A program made the translations under genes and the position numbers. Under the pieces are notes generated by a model. That model ran no database searches, had not been told where the DNA came from, and saw nothing but the letters and a program-made list of their open reading frames with translations. Below, one piece after another: positions 1 to 13,067 of a DNA stretch of 64,000 bases. This stretch comes from the human T2T-CHM13v2.0 reference genome, Homo sapiens. Numbering within the stretch: the first letter of the stretch is position 1; every line of letters starts with the position of its first letter. The DNA is taken from NCBI RefSeq assembly GCF_009914755.1, contig NC_060938.1; one strand, 5' to 3'.

Positions 1-103
1 CACCGTGTTAGCCAGGATGGTGTCGATCTCCTGACCTCAGGTGATCCACCTGCCCCGGCCTCCCAAAGTGCTGGGATTACAGGTGTGAGCCACTGTTCTT
101 GGC
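1..103 (-). mobile_element. Alu (S/Y-type), left-arm portion, cut by the window edge
   Basis: Antisense Alu motifs ccgtgttagccaggatgg...cctcccaaagtgctgggattacaggtgtgagccac. Confidence 0.95.
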
Positions 104-359
104 TGTTTGTGTTTTATATTAGGAGGCAGAGAGCACTTAGGGGAAGCAGAAGCTCTGGTCTGAGGAGGCAGTGGTTTACTTATTAGTTCACAGGCCTTTT
201 AGGTAATCACTGGTCCTTCACTTAATTAAGCAACTTAATATATGTCTTACGGATTAAGTTAATTTTAAATCAATGCTAATTTTTATGTCAAAATATATTA
301 AGCAGCATCACATTAAAGTCAAAGGTAGTCTTGTAATTATTAGAGCAATAGGTATCGTG

Positions 360-523
360 CTGTCGTTCTCCAATGTGGCTGCACATTGGACAACCTGAGG
401 AGCTTTAAAAAATACTGCTGCCTGGGGATCACTCCCATAAGCTCTGATTTATCTCGTCTGGGGCACCAGGAGTTTTAAAATTTCTCCAGGTGATCTAATG
501 TGTAGCCAAGCTTGAAGATTACT
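360..523. mobile_element. MER5A-like hAT-Charlie DNA transposon relic
   Basis: ggctgcacattgga..cctgaggagctttaaaaaatactg...ctccaggtgatctaatgtgtagccaagcttgaag resembles the MER5A/MER5A1 consensus. Confidence 0.75.
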
Positions 524-554
524 CGATAGTCATTGATTATGTGCGTGCCACATT

Positions 555-1345
555 CAGATTGGTGGGGTTCAAATCCTCCTTCTGCCACTCACTAGATGTG
601 TGGCCTTAGTTAAGTTTTGTTAACGTTTCTTTATGTCTTCATCTGTAAAATGGGGATGAATGATAAAAATACTGTCTGCATCTCAGAGCATTGTTATGAG
701 GATTAAAGGGGTACAGTAAGTCCTTATTTAACGTTGTCTATAGGTTATTGGAAACTGCAACTTTTAAGTGAAACGATGTATAACAAAACCGGTATTACCA
801 TAGATTAATTGACATAAATGAGAGTTAAGTTCCTGCAGCATATTTTTGGTCCTAAAAGTATTATCAGACTTCTACATAAAGACCAAAACATTTCTAATAT
901 TAAACACTGAGAGAAATCTAGGTTATACATACATTTAAGAAAGATTAATTCAATCATTTACTCAATTATTCGACTCCAGAATAGTGGGTGGTCCGAGCCT
1001 GTCCTGGCAGCTCAGGGTGCAAGGTGGGACCAGCCAAGGACAGGACACCATCCCATCACAGGGCACACTCACGCTCATCCACACTCACACTGGGACCACT
1101 TAGACATGCCAGTTCACCTAATGGGCACAGCTTTGGGAAGTGGAGAATGTGAAGAAAATCCATGCAGATGTGGTGAGAACATGCAACCTCCACACAGACA
1201 ATGGCCTTGGCTGGAATAAATTTTTTTTTCTCACAAATTTTATAATGAAACAATGTTACTGTAGGACCTGCTGTATAATATATACATATTAATAAAATGC
1301 TTGGAATAGTGACTGGCACAAAATAGTCCTTTACTGTGAGCTATT
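555..1345 (+). mobile_element. MIR SINE split by the MER6 insertion (MIR parts ~555-711 and ~1276-1345)
   Basis: MIR core ggttcaaatcct..tctgccactcactag...catctgtaaaatggggat...gttatgaggattaaa resumes after 1275 with aaaatgcttggaatagtgactggcaca. Confidence 0.8.
714..1273. mobile_element. MER6A-like Tigger/TcMar non-autonomous DNA transposon
   Basis: Terminal inverted repeats cagtaagtcct / aggacctgctg, flanked by TA at 712-713 and 1274-1275. The internal sequence matches MER6, including the gggaag...gaaaatccatgcagatgtggtgagaacatgcaacctccacacagac segment. Confidence 0.8.
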
Positions 1346-1692
1346 TTAAGTAGACTAAGAAAAAATTATTACTATTATTGGATATTCTCTCAAAAGTATC
1401 TTGGGGGCTAAGATTTTAAATTAAATCAAATTTTGCCTAGTACTAAGCCCACTTTGGTGTTTTCTTGGCTTTGTTTAATTTTTTTCTCCATGGTTTTATT
1501 TAAAAGTTATTTCTAATCACCCTGTCAACTTAGCAGATATCTGTTGGAATCATTTAAGGTGTTTGTTTCCAAAAGACTGCAGAAATTAAATCAAGATATT
1601 TGCAGAGGAATGACTGACAGCTTGCAGGTAGACTGGAGAAAGTGCTTCCTACCATAACAGACAGAAAAAATGGTAGTACAAGAGTCAGCATT

Positions 1693-1993
1693 TCTTATTT
1701 ATTTTTCTATGAGGCAGGGTCTCGCTCTGCCGCTCAGACTGGAATGCAGTGGTGTGATCATAGCGCACTGCAGCCTCAAACTTCTAGACTCAAGGGATCT
1801 CCTGCCTCAGCTTCCTGAGTAGCTGGGACTATAGGTGCTTGCCACCATACCTAGCTGATTTTTTGTAGGGGTGGGTAGAGACAGGGTCTAGCTCTGTTGC
1901 TCAGGCTGGTCTTGAACTCCTGGCCTCAAGCAATTCTCTTGCCTTGACCTCCCAAAATGTTGGGATTACAGACATGAGCCACCATGCCTGGCC
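1693..1993 (-). mobile_element. AluJ
   Basis: Full antisense Alu with J-type features (gatcatagcgcactgcagcctcaaac, caagggatctcctgcc). Confidence 0.92.
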
Positions 1994-4009
1994 AATTGAG
2001 CATTTCTTTAAACTGGAAACTAGCACCTTTATAATAATTTCACACATACCATTATTGTTGAAAATAGTCAGATTTTCAGAGGAAATCTCTATTAACCTAA
2101 GTTGTATAACCTTTTGAGGTTGTACCAGTGTAGAGCCTGTTTTTCCGAGCATCTACATGCTCAATGCTATTTTTTCAGTTATCCAGCATCCCCCCACTTG
2201 TTTCTATCCTATCTCATATGCAAGAGGGTGTAAATGTTTTTGTGCATTGCTTTTACATTTTTATTTATCTCTCAAGTGGGCAAGTAAGACAGTCATCAAC
2301 AGAGGTTGCATTTGGAGATCATATTCTGTTTTTTCTTTAAACTATTTGATCATTTCAGAGAAACTTTATTCTCAGTTCTGTTTTGTCTTCAGCTGTCAAT
2401 ATCCCTGACTCCAGGCCCTTTATTTAGCTTCCATTCTTACTGATGTGGAAACATACTTTTAAATGAACTGCCTTTAAAAAGAAATATTTTAGTAAAGTGA
2501 AGGATCTTTTTGTAATGCAAATAATGTTTTGTTCAGGATTTTCTTGAGAAATCTGCCATGTTCTCTAAGCCTTTGCCTCCATACTGGATGTGGCTTTGCC
2601 TTTTTTGTTGTGTTGAAGGGCATGCACAGATATAGTTTCTGATTATTTTTCTCAGTCTGATTTCTCCAATTAGGCATATTATCATTAGAAAACTCGCCCA
2701 TTTTCCCATGGTGTTTAAAAGTAAACCAGGACTTGTGACACTATGCTACTCGGCATTTATGAAATGTAATTTAATTACTTTGTTTCCATTGTGAAGACTC
2801 GGTTTCCTTATTTCCTATATTCATTTATTTATTCATTATTGGTATACCCAACAAGATAAGTAAATACGATACAGCCTTGCATTTGACAATTTTATGGTGT
2901 GTATGTATTTATCATGCCTGAACTGTGACTAGACTTAAGATGAAGATGGTACCTAAATCAAGCTCTTTTATATTTTGTCTTTCCCATAATCTAGTCTGTC
3001 TTTTCTTTCCCACAAAATAGAATGGGATACTTTTTATTATAAATATATGACATGTTCACTATAAAAGAGAGGCAGTAAAGGACCAGAGAAAATGACCTGT
3101 GATGCCACCACCTAGAAGTAATCACTCTTGTTAACATCTTGTTATTTACTTGTACAGTTTTTTTCTGTGTTCATAGGCTGACATTTTTCCTTGCAGATGT
3201 TCTCTCTCTATATTCATACAAAGCTGCAGTTGTTCAAGTCCCACCCCAGCCTCTGGAGGTCCAGGATGAATGCCTCCCTCTTTCTGTCCTGGTACCTTAC
3301 GTGACCTCCGGACGGCAGTGTCAGTGTTGGAAATGGCAGGCTGCTGCAAATATGCTAAAACCTCATCAGTTGTCTCTATTCGTCTGACCAAAGTCCGTGG
3401 GAAGAGCAAGATGCTGGTGATATCCTGGAGCTCTTCTGACACAAGGCTCTGGCTAGCCTTGATACATTCCTCAAATTCTTCCTTCCAATTCTGAAACCTT
3501 TTGTTTTCCAGACAATAAAACCCTCCCAAACTCCTACCTAGACATTCTCTCTAAGCAGTCCTGGGAGACCACATGTGACTTGACTTTTAACTATCTTTAC
3601 AGCGTTTACATTTTGCTCCTTCTTTTTGTCATGCCATTACTAGAGGGAGGATGGGCCATCCAGAGCAGCGTGCGCCCTCCACAGGCACCTTAGCCTGTTC
3701 TTCACTCCGCCATGATTGAAAGAGGAGAAAATATTCTATAGCTGTTCCTTTTCTGTTCTTGGCTTTTTCACTCTTACTGACCTTACAAGTTTTATTTTTC
3801 CATTTCTGAATCTCAATTATTTTCATTTCTCCTATTCAGTATAGTTTTTAATAGATAGCATTGCATTACATGGATGTCCCTTATTTAATCAACTGTTTGG
3901 TATTTCTTTTCTGTTTTTCAAAATCTAATGAACACTCCAGTGAATATCCTTTTGTTCGGGATTTATCTCTAGAAGGAAGATTACTGGCTAAAAATATATG
4001 TACATTTAA

Positions 4010-4327
<318 letters not shown>

Positions 4328-4520
4328 TATGTATACATAATTAGGCTATACTGTCTATAAAATTTGGCTATCTATAGTCAAATTATTTTATATGCATATA
4401 TCCAAATATACCTATAAATAGCCAAATTATACATATACAGCCAAATTTTATATATATATATATATAAATGTTATATATATATAGCCAAATTATATAAAGC
4501 TGTATATATAGTCACATTAT
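4328..4520. repeat. AT-rich minisatellite-like array of an atagccaaatt unit in both orientations, with (TA)n
   Basis: Reverse copies aattaggctat and aatttggctat, followed by forward copies atagtcaaatt, atagccaaatt, acagccaaatt, atagccaaatt. Confidence 0.75.
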
Positions 4521-5512
4521 CCTACAGGAAATGATGTAAATGTACCAATTTACATTCCTGTAACAGGGCATTAGAATTCCCTTTTTCCAGAGCCTTGCCA
4601 ACACTGGTTATTTATAACCCTTTCAAACTTTGTATGAAAGTTGTATGTATTTTAAGATAAATGAAAACTTATATTGATTTGTAATTATTTATTGGTATAA
4701 TTGAACACCTTTCCATATCTTTATTGTACTAATGTGTATGAATTCCATCTTAATAGTTTTGCTAACTTGTCCATTGAGGGGTTTCCTACTGATTTGTAAT
4801 GGCTCTCTATATAAAAAGGATGTTAATTTTTGCCTATTTTACAGTAATAGTACAAATATTCTCTCATGTTTTCTATTAGTCTTTTAACCTTTGTTTAGTT
4901 TTTTTTCGTTCCTTCATAAATGCTAAATTTTATGTCATCATATCTTTCAGTCCTTTTCTATATTATTTCTGGCTTTGATGGCATGCATTGAAAGCCCTTT
5001 TCCACCCCAGAGTTATCAACTCGTTGGAAAATGATGTTGAAATGTCACTTTTAATATTTACTAAACACTCTTGCCTAATTTGTTCTATTTTGAAGCCCTT
5101 TAATTCTGTTTCTTTAATCTGCCTGTCTTTTTTTTGTGCCTGTTCCTTACTGTCTTGACTACTGCAGGCAACATACTTACATCTAAAGAACAAGCACACC
5201 TATTCTGCCCTTTTGCTAAACAAATTTTCAGCCTCTTTTTCAATGATTATTTTTTCAAATCAATGTTAAACATCACGTAAAGTTTCAAGAAAACCCCTAG
5301 GGGTATTAGTATTTAGAGTGCATTAAATTTTTAGCTAATTCATGGGAGAATTTGAAGTATTATATCTTCTAATTTAAGTTAGAGTACAGGAATTGTCTGT
5401 CTTTATCCCTCTAAGTACATTCAGATTCTCAAGAATAGTACCAAAATTCTCAGATCCCCCTCTACCAGTATTTTTCTCCCACTGATGGCTCTTCAACCCT
5501 AAAATGTCTTAG

Positions 5513-6252
<740 letters not shown>

Positions 6253-6886
6253 CCTAGCCTGATGTTACACTTAGGATCCTCTTCATTATTCTTCTGAATC
6301 CAAGCCTCCAACTTTATCTACCCATCACGGTTTTAGCTTATATTTTGATTTTATTTCTTACATCTTCCCTTATATTTATTATTTTAATATTTTGTTTCTC
6401 TTTTCTCCTTCTATACTTGTACTAGATTTATCAGAATCTGTAAATCTCTTTTAACCCTATTAATTTGTTAACTCAGTTAAATATATCTATTTTGCCAATG
6501 CTCATCTTCCTATTTTTAACAGTCATATATCAAACTGTATTTCTCAACTGATGTACCAAAATTAAAGGACACCTAGATGCCCTCCCTCAGCTAAAGTGTT
6601 TACTACTGCATCCAAACCCATGAATTCTCCCTAACTGAGAGAGGATATTTAGAGGGCCTTTGTGCCTTTTTTTTTTCCCCCTATTTCTTCCTTGAAAATT
6701 CTGGAGCTTTTTGAAATAATTTAGAATTTTACTTTTAAGATATTATTAAATTTTTTTCTACAGCATGCCTCTGTTTAAAGAATCAAAGCTTTTTAAACAT
6801 ATCACTAGTCACATATATTATCTGTGTAGACTTAGCTATATTATCATATATTTATTTTTATAAAGATATTGCTCAGCACTATTCTT

Positions 6887-8835
6887 TTACAGTTTTATTT
6901 ATCTTAACTGACAAATGAAAATTGTATATATTTATGTATACAACATGATGCTTTGATATATGTAGGCATTGTGCACTGGCTAAGGTAAGCTAATTAACAC
7001 ATGCCTCACCTCACAGACTTATCATTTTTTTGTGAGAACACCTAGTGAGAACACCTAGAAGTCACCCACCCAGCAACTTTCAAATACATTGTTATTAACT
7101 GTAGTCACCATGGTGTATAACGGATCTTTTAACTCATTCTTCATACCTCACTGAAATTTTTTGTCCTTTACCCAACATCTCCTCAGTCCCCTTACCTCCT
7201 CTAGACTCTGGTAACCACTGTTTGAACTCTGTTCCTATGAGTTCAACTTTTTTTATTCTACATGAGTGAGATCATGTGATATTTATCTTTCTATGCCTGG
7301 TTCCTTTTTCACTTAACATTAATGTCCTCCAGGTTGACCATGTTGTCATAAATGACAGATATCCTTCTTTTTTAAGGCTGAGTAGTATTCTGTTGTATAC
7401 ACATACCACATTTCCTTTACCCATTTGTTTGTTTTTGAACACTTAGGTGGATCCCATACTTTGATTATTGTGACTAATGCTACAATGAACACGGGAGTGC
7501 AGGCAACTCTTCAGCACACTGATTTCAATTCCTTTGGGTATATACTCAGGGATTGGATTGCTGTATCATATGGTGGTTCTGTTTCTCATTTTTTGAAGGA
7601 CCTTCAGACCATTTCCATAATAGCTGTACTAATGTGCATTTACATGAGCAGTGTACAAAGATTCCCTTTTCTCTATATCCTAGCCACACATTATCTTTCG
7701 TCTTTTTGATAACAGCCATTCGAACAGGTGTGAAGTGATATCTCATTGTGGTCTTAATTTGCATTTTCCTGATTAGTGTTGTTATTTTTTTTTCATATAC
7801 CTGTTGGCCATTCATATGTCTTCTTTTGAGAAATGTCTATTGAGGTCCTTTGCCCATTTTAAAAATTGTTATTTACTTTCTTGCTATTAAGTTGTTCGCA
7901 TTCCTTATACATTTTGGGTATTAATCCCTATCAGATTATGATTTGCAAATATATTCTCCCATTCTATAGATTGTCTACTTTGTTGTTTCCTTTGCTGTGC
8001 AGAAGCTTTTTAGTTTGATGTAATCCCACTTATCTATTTTTTGCTTTTGTTGCCTGTGCTTTTAGAACCTGATCAAAAAATTATTGCCCAGACTAGTGTC
8101 TTGGAGCTTTTCCCCTGTGTTTTCTTCTAGTAATTTTACAGTTTCGAATCTTAGGTTTAAGTCTTTAATCCACTTTGAGTTAGTTCTTGTATATGGTATG
8201 AGATGAGGGTCCAATTCATTTTTCTGTATGTGGATATCCAGTTTTCCCAACACCATTTATTTAAGAGACAGTCTTTTCCCCATGTGTGTTCTTGGTACCT
8301 TTGTAAAAAAATCTATTGACCATTGACTATGTGGATTTATTTCTGGGCTTTCTACCTTGTTCCATTGGCCTAAGTGTCTGTTTTTATGGCAGTACCATGC
8401 ATTTTGATTACTGTAGCTTTGTAGTAGTTTTTGAAATCAGGTAGTGTGATGTCTCCACCTTTGTTCTTTTTGCTCAAGATTGCTTGGCTCTTTGGGGTCT
8501 TTTGTGGTTCCATATGAATTTTAGGATTGCTTTTTCTATTTCTGTGAAAATATCATTGGAATTTTGATAAAGACTTTGAATCTGTAGATTGCTTTAGGTA
8601 GTATGGACATTTTACCAATGTTAATTATTCCAGTCCATGAGTACAGGATATCTTTCCATACATGTGTGTCTTCAAGTTCATTCATCACTGTCATATAGTT
8701 TTCAGTGTACAGATTTTTCAATTCCTGGTTAAATTTACCCCTAAGTACTTTATTTATTTATTTTTTTGCTATTGCGAATGGGATTGTTTTATTAATTTCT
8801 TTTTCAGATAGTTTGTTGTATGTGGAAATGCTGCA
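6887..8835 (-). mobile_element. 5'-truncated L1MA (L1MA9/10-like): ORF2 3' part plus 3' UTR
   Basis: Minus-strand ORFs give L1 ORF2 peptides (LIRKMQIKTTMRYHFTPVRMA, NSKWIKDLNLRFETVKLLEEN, MSILPKAIYRF). Degenerate TSD tcagcacta(a)ttctt at 6873-6886 and 8836-8850. Confidence 0.93.
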
Positions 8836-9620
8836 TCAGCACTAATTCTTACATATTTTATCTTCTTGAGATCTTTTCTGTTTACTTTTTATTTGATTGA
8901 GATGCTTTCTTAGATACCAGTATTGGTATACTTTCTTGAGTTTGTTTCTAAATTATCTTTTCCTCCTCAAATATGTATTTCTGCTGTTCTGGTCTTGGAT
9001 TGCAGTTCTCTTTATTCAGATGTGTGTGAACACTGTTCTATTGTTATCTGTGGTCAAGCATTGCAGACGAGAAGTCTGATGGTAGACTAATTATTTTCCC
9101 TTTTTAACTTACTTCTCTTGTCTGAATGGAAGGCTGTAGAATTTTTCTCTTTGTCTTTGAAGAAATTTCTCTAGAATATGTCCAGATGTCTTTTTTATTT
9201 AGCCTGACTAGAATGTCTGAGCCTTTTTATGCTAAAAATGCAAGTCTATCTTCAACTCAGCAAAAACTTCAAACTGAAAACCGAAGTTTTAAAACCAGTG
9301 AAGCTTTCTTCCACTTTTAAATATTATTACCACACCTACTTCTTCTCGTAATTTTTTACTTTTTTTTTCCTAAAAAATGTAGAAAGTACAGAAAATAATG
9401 CGGAAAGTTCTCATTTAGCCCAAGCAGAGAGTTAAAAAGATAATCTTTTGTCATATTTGTTTTAGATCTTTTTTTAACAGTATGGTTATATTTTAAAATG
9501 CCTAGAAGACTGGAGTTAAAGTCATTCAGTTATTTCTTAATAGTACTTAGAGAGTTGCTCATGAATTGGAGGATAATGAAATATGAGACATGCCAGAGCA
9601 GGAGAAGGAAATTCTAGGGG

Positions 9621-10239
9621 CTATTTGGGGTCTTTTGTGGTTCCATATGAATTTTAGGATTTAAAAAAAAATTTCTGTGAAGCATGTCATTGGTATTGTG
9701 ATAAAGATTAATTGCATCTTTAGATCCCTTTGGGTAGTATGGACATTTTGACAATATTCTTCTAATTTGTGAATATGGGATATCTTTTCATTTCTTGTAT
9801 CTTCAATTAATTTCATCCATGTTTTATAGTTTTCATTGTAGAGTTCTTTTACCTCTTTGGTTATATTCATTCTTAGGTATTTTTTATTTGTAGCTATTGA
9901 AAAAAGATTGCTTTCTTGATTTCTTTTTCAGGTAATTCATTACTGGTGTATAGAAACACCTCTGAGTTTTGTATGTTGATTTTGTATCCTGCAACTTTAC
10001 TGAATTTGTTTATTAAACTATTAGATGATAGTTTAATGATAAATGTTTAAGGTGGCAGATATACTAATTACCCTAATTTGATAATTACACAATTTATAAA
10101 AGTATTGAATCATCATGTTGTACCCCATACATATATATAGTTAGTTATTATATGTCAATTATAAATAAAAAATTATATACTACGTTGGTTTTCAAAATTA
10201 AAGTAATAATTAAAATTCGCAAATGATGGGAAAAAAACC
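9621..10239. mobile_element. L1MA with inversion: antisense ORF2 piece (~9621-10014) joined to a sense 3' UTR end (~10015-10175)
   Basis: Minus ORF KEVKELYNENYKT matches L1 ORF2, then sense aatgtttaaggtggcagatatactaattaccct...tgtcaattataaataaaaa. Candidate TSD ggaaattctagggg / ggaagttcttgggg (12/14). Confidence 0.8.
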
Positions 10240-10347
10240 GGAAGTTCTTGGGGGAAATAAGCATATTTCACAGTGTCATGGAAATTGAGTCCTGAATGTC
10301 AATATTGTTTCATAAATACTTGTAACATACAATGCAATAGGGATACT

Positions 10348-11075
10348 ACATCAGGATGCTTTTGGCTCCAAGTTACAAAAAACCCCAACTCAAATTGGCT
10401 TAAAGAGGGAAGACATTTGCTCATCTCACACAAAAGGCTACTCAGCTTTGCCTCAATCCAAGCCATCATGTAATCACATGGTGGGTATAGAAATTTGAGG
10501 TGTACTTACACCTGTGTACATACCTCTAGATGTACCAGTGTCCTCAAGAATAAGAAATGCCATTTGCCTTTTGTGTTTCTTATTTAGAAGTGAGAAAGTC
10601 TTTTCCAGAATCTCCCTAGAAAACTTGCCTATAAGGTCTCAGCCACAATTCACTCATACGCTCATTCTTGTACCAACTGGTGGAAAGAAAGAATAGAATT
10701 CACGGGAATTCTATTGAATCTGACACAGATTGATCTGACATAGATCAACGGTTCCCAACCAGGTGGAGTTTTACCTCCAGAAGACATTTAGCCAAGTCTG
10801 GAAACATCTTTGTGCTCGCTGGGGTCCCCTACTACTGGTATCTAGTGGGTAGAGGCCACAGACACTGCTAAGCCTTCTACAGTGCATGGGATGCTTCCCA
10901 CAATACAGAATGATCTGATTCAAATGTTAATAGTGTCAAGGTTGAGAAGCCTTAACATAGACCAGTTAGGATCTCACCCTTCAGGGCCAAGGAAAGGGCT
11001 GTTTTTCACTGAAGCACAGGGCTAAGGAGGGGCTATGTGGATGTTGTGTAGCCCACTGGGAATGCCCACTGCCAT
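10348..11075 (-). mobile_element. Old MLT1 (K/L-like) MaLR LTR interrupted by MER20
   Basis: tcaggatgcttttggctccaagttacaaaaaaccccaactcaaattggcttaa is a typical antisense start of an old MLT1. Further MLT1-like sequence follows 10963. Confidence 0.6.
10746..10954. mobile_element. MER20 hAT-Charlie DNA transposon
   Basis: ggtatctagtgggtagaggccacagacactgctaagccttctacagtgcatggga...aatagtgtcaaggttgagaagcc. 8-bp TSD acatagat/acatagac. Confidence 0.88.
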
Positions 11076-11565
11076 GACGTCCCTCGGATGGAGCTGGTCT
11101 TCTGAGCTGCTCAGAAAGGGAAGCTCGGATTTGTGGGTTTTAGGCTACTAAAAATTAACCAACCACATTGAATTTCATGTTTTTCTAATTCATTCCTAGT
11201 CTTCTTGCCTGTTAAACTTTCTGCTAAAGATAATTCTAATGAATTTGAGAAGGTATTTATAAAAGAATATCTGTGAGGCTGTGTGTTGCTTGACTGGCAG
11301 CCAAAAGAAATGTTGCTTGGGGAAAATGGCACGAATTAAACATTGATTGCCCATCAGTCTTGTACTTGGGGTCTGGGGTAGTCTGGAATACAGGTAGGGA
11401 GATCATTCAAGCTTCACAGAGAGGTTCACTAGTACTTATAAATCCAAGCATTGGGAGTTGAGAATTGCCAGAAATAGTCATGTAATGATATTCCATGTTG
11501 TATAGGTGTTTGCATTTCTTCCTTTCTAAAAACACAGTGGTTTTGGAAATAATAATATCCTAGAA

Positions 11566-11907
11566 CAGTGGTCCTCAGCTTTTTTTGGCACTAAGGACAA
11601 GTTTTGTGGAAGACAATTTTTCCCTGGATCTTGAGGGGAGGGGAGGATGGTTTCAGGATGAAACTGTTCCCCTCGGATCATCAGGCATTAGATTCTCATA
11701 AGGAGTGGGCAACCTAGATCCCTTGCATGTGCAGTTCACAATATGGTTTGCGTTTCTATGAGAATCCAATGCCCCCACTGATCTGACAGGAGGTGAGGCT
11801 CAGGTGGTAATGCTCACTCACCCACCGCCCACCTCCTGCTATGCAGCCCAGTTCCTAACAGGCCACAGACTGGTAGCAGTACATGACCTGGAGGTTTGGG
11901 ACACCTG
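11566..11907. mobile_element. MER1B hAT-Charlie DNA transposon
   Basis: tttttggcactaaggacaagttttgtggaagacaattttt...ggatgaaactgttcccctcggatcatcaggcattagattctcataaggag. Perfect 8-bp TSD tcctagaa at 11558-11565 and 11908-11915. Confidence 0.93.
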
Positions 11908-12699
11908 TCCTAGAACATCCTGGATTAAGCAATTAAGGATCTCTGCAAATCCTAGCTCCATTGCTCAACTTTGAAAAGTTGTTGGACTGTTTTCAGCTTT
12001 GGGTACCTCATTTGTAAAATAAAGAAATTGAATTACAGGCACTTACAGGTCCTGCAATTCCCCGTAACTCAGATAAAAAATAGATCCCTTTCTCCCTTCA
12101 GGAGAACTCATGACTTTGGTAGCAGCTAGAGTTAGCATTTGCTCATGCTTTTATTGTGTTTAGCAATCAATGGGAAGTGCATCAGGTGAAATCTCTCAGG
12201 CCTGCATATGTCTGGTCAAAGCTCATTCATTGATTTTTTTTTTTTCCTGCTGAAACTTGCACATATATAAAAAACGAAGACACTAAATTTAATTTTCACC
12301 AGCTCAGTGTATAGTATTGTGGCTGCTCATGTTCCTGAAGAGCGAGTTGTTCTCAAATAATAAACTAAGCTGTATAATCTTTAAAATATTTGACCAGGTG
12401 GGAAGCCTTTCTGTGAGGACAATGTGTTTGTGCGTTTGGTGCTTAAGCTTCAATCCCCTGGCCACAGCTTGGATTTATTTGCAGGGGAAATCTGCTACGT
12501 AAGAAGACAACCACTTTGGGCAACATTATCTTCATCATCAGCATGCACGTGTGGTAATGACCTGTTATGAGCCTGACTTGGAATAACTTTCTTCCTCACA
12601 GAATGGTGGATACTCCATATGTGTAGAATTACTGAGAGTAATTATCTTTGCAACAGTAAGGCGTGAGGGTAAGAAATCAATAAAGCAGAAGGGAAAGAT

Positions 12700-12895
12700 A
12701 TTAACATTTATCGACCACTTTCTGCATGACAGCAGAAGGCGGTCAATAAATGGCATACTTTATTTTAATCGTATTAGGTGATTATTGCAGTATTATCTTA
12801 ATTTATGTGTGAAGAAATTGTGGTCCAGCGAGGTTAAGTCACTTGCTCAGTGTCCCTCAGTATTAAGTGATAAAGCAGAGGTATCAACCTAGGAT
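12700..12895 (-). mobile_element. MIR
   Basis: gaagaaattgtggtccagcgaggttaagtcacttgctcagtgtccctcagtattaagtga is an antisense MIR core. Confidence 0.7.
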
Positions 12896-13067
12896 ACCCT
12901 ACAAGGTTTGGCTTCCATCTGGAAGCACTGAGTACCTGGGCCCAGATATGAGACAGGGTCCCAGCCCAGAGATTTGTTGGTTTATCATTCCTTCAGCAAA
13001 CACAGCTTACTTCCAAGAGTGTAGAAATTGGGGCTGTGCTTCATAGCAAGATAATAAGCATCAGAAG

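Noticed and set aside
3146-3529. 127-aa minus-strand ORF as a real CDS
   Set aside because: Non-ATG start, no good minus-strand acceptor and no recognised homology. Kept only as context for the + strand lead.
7546-8721. ORF2-like peptides as a functional retrotransposon
   Set aside because: Fragmented by stops and frameshifts, 5'-truncated and old; inactive.
10812-10822. gtgctcgct matching the U6 snRNA 5' end
   Set aside because: Only 9 nt, inside MER20, with no continuation.
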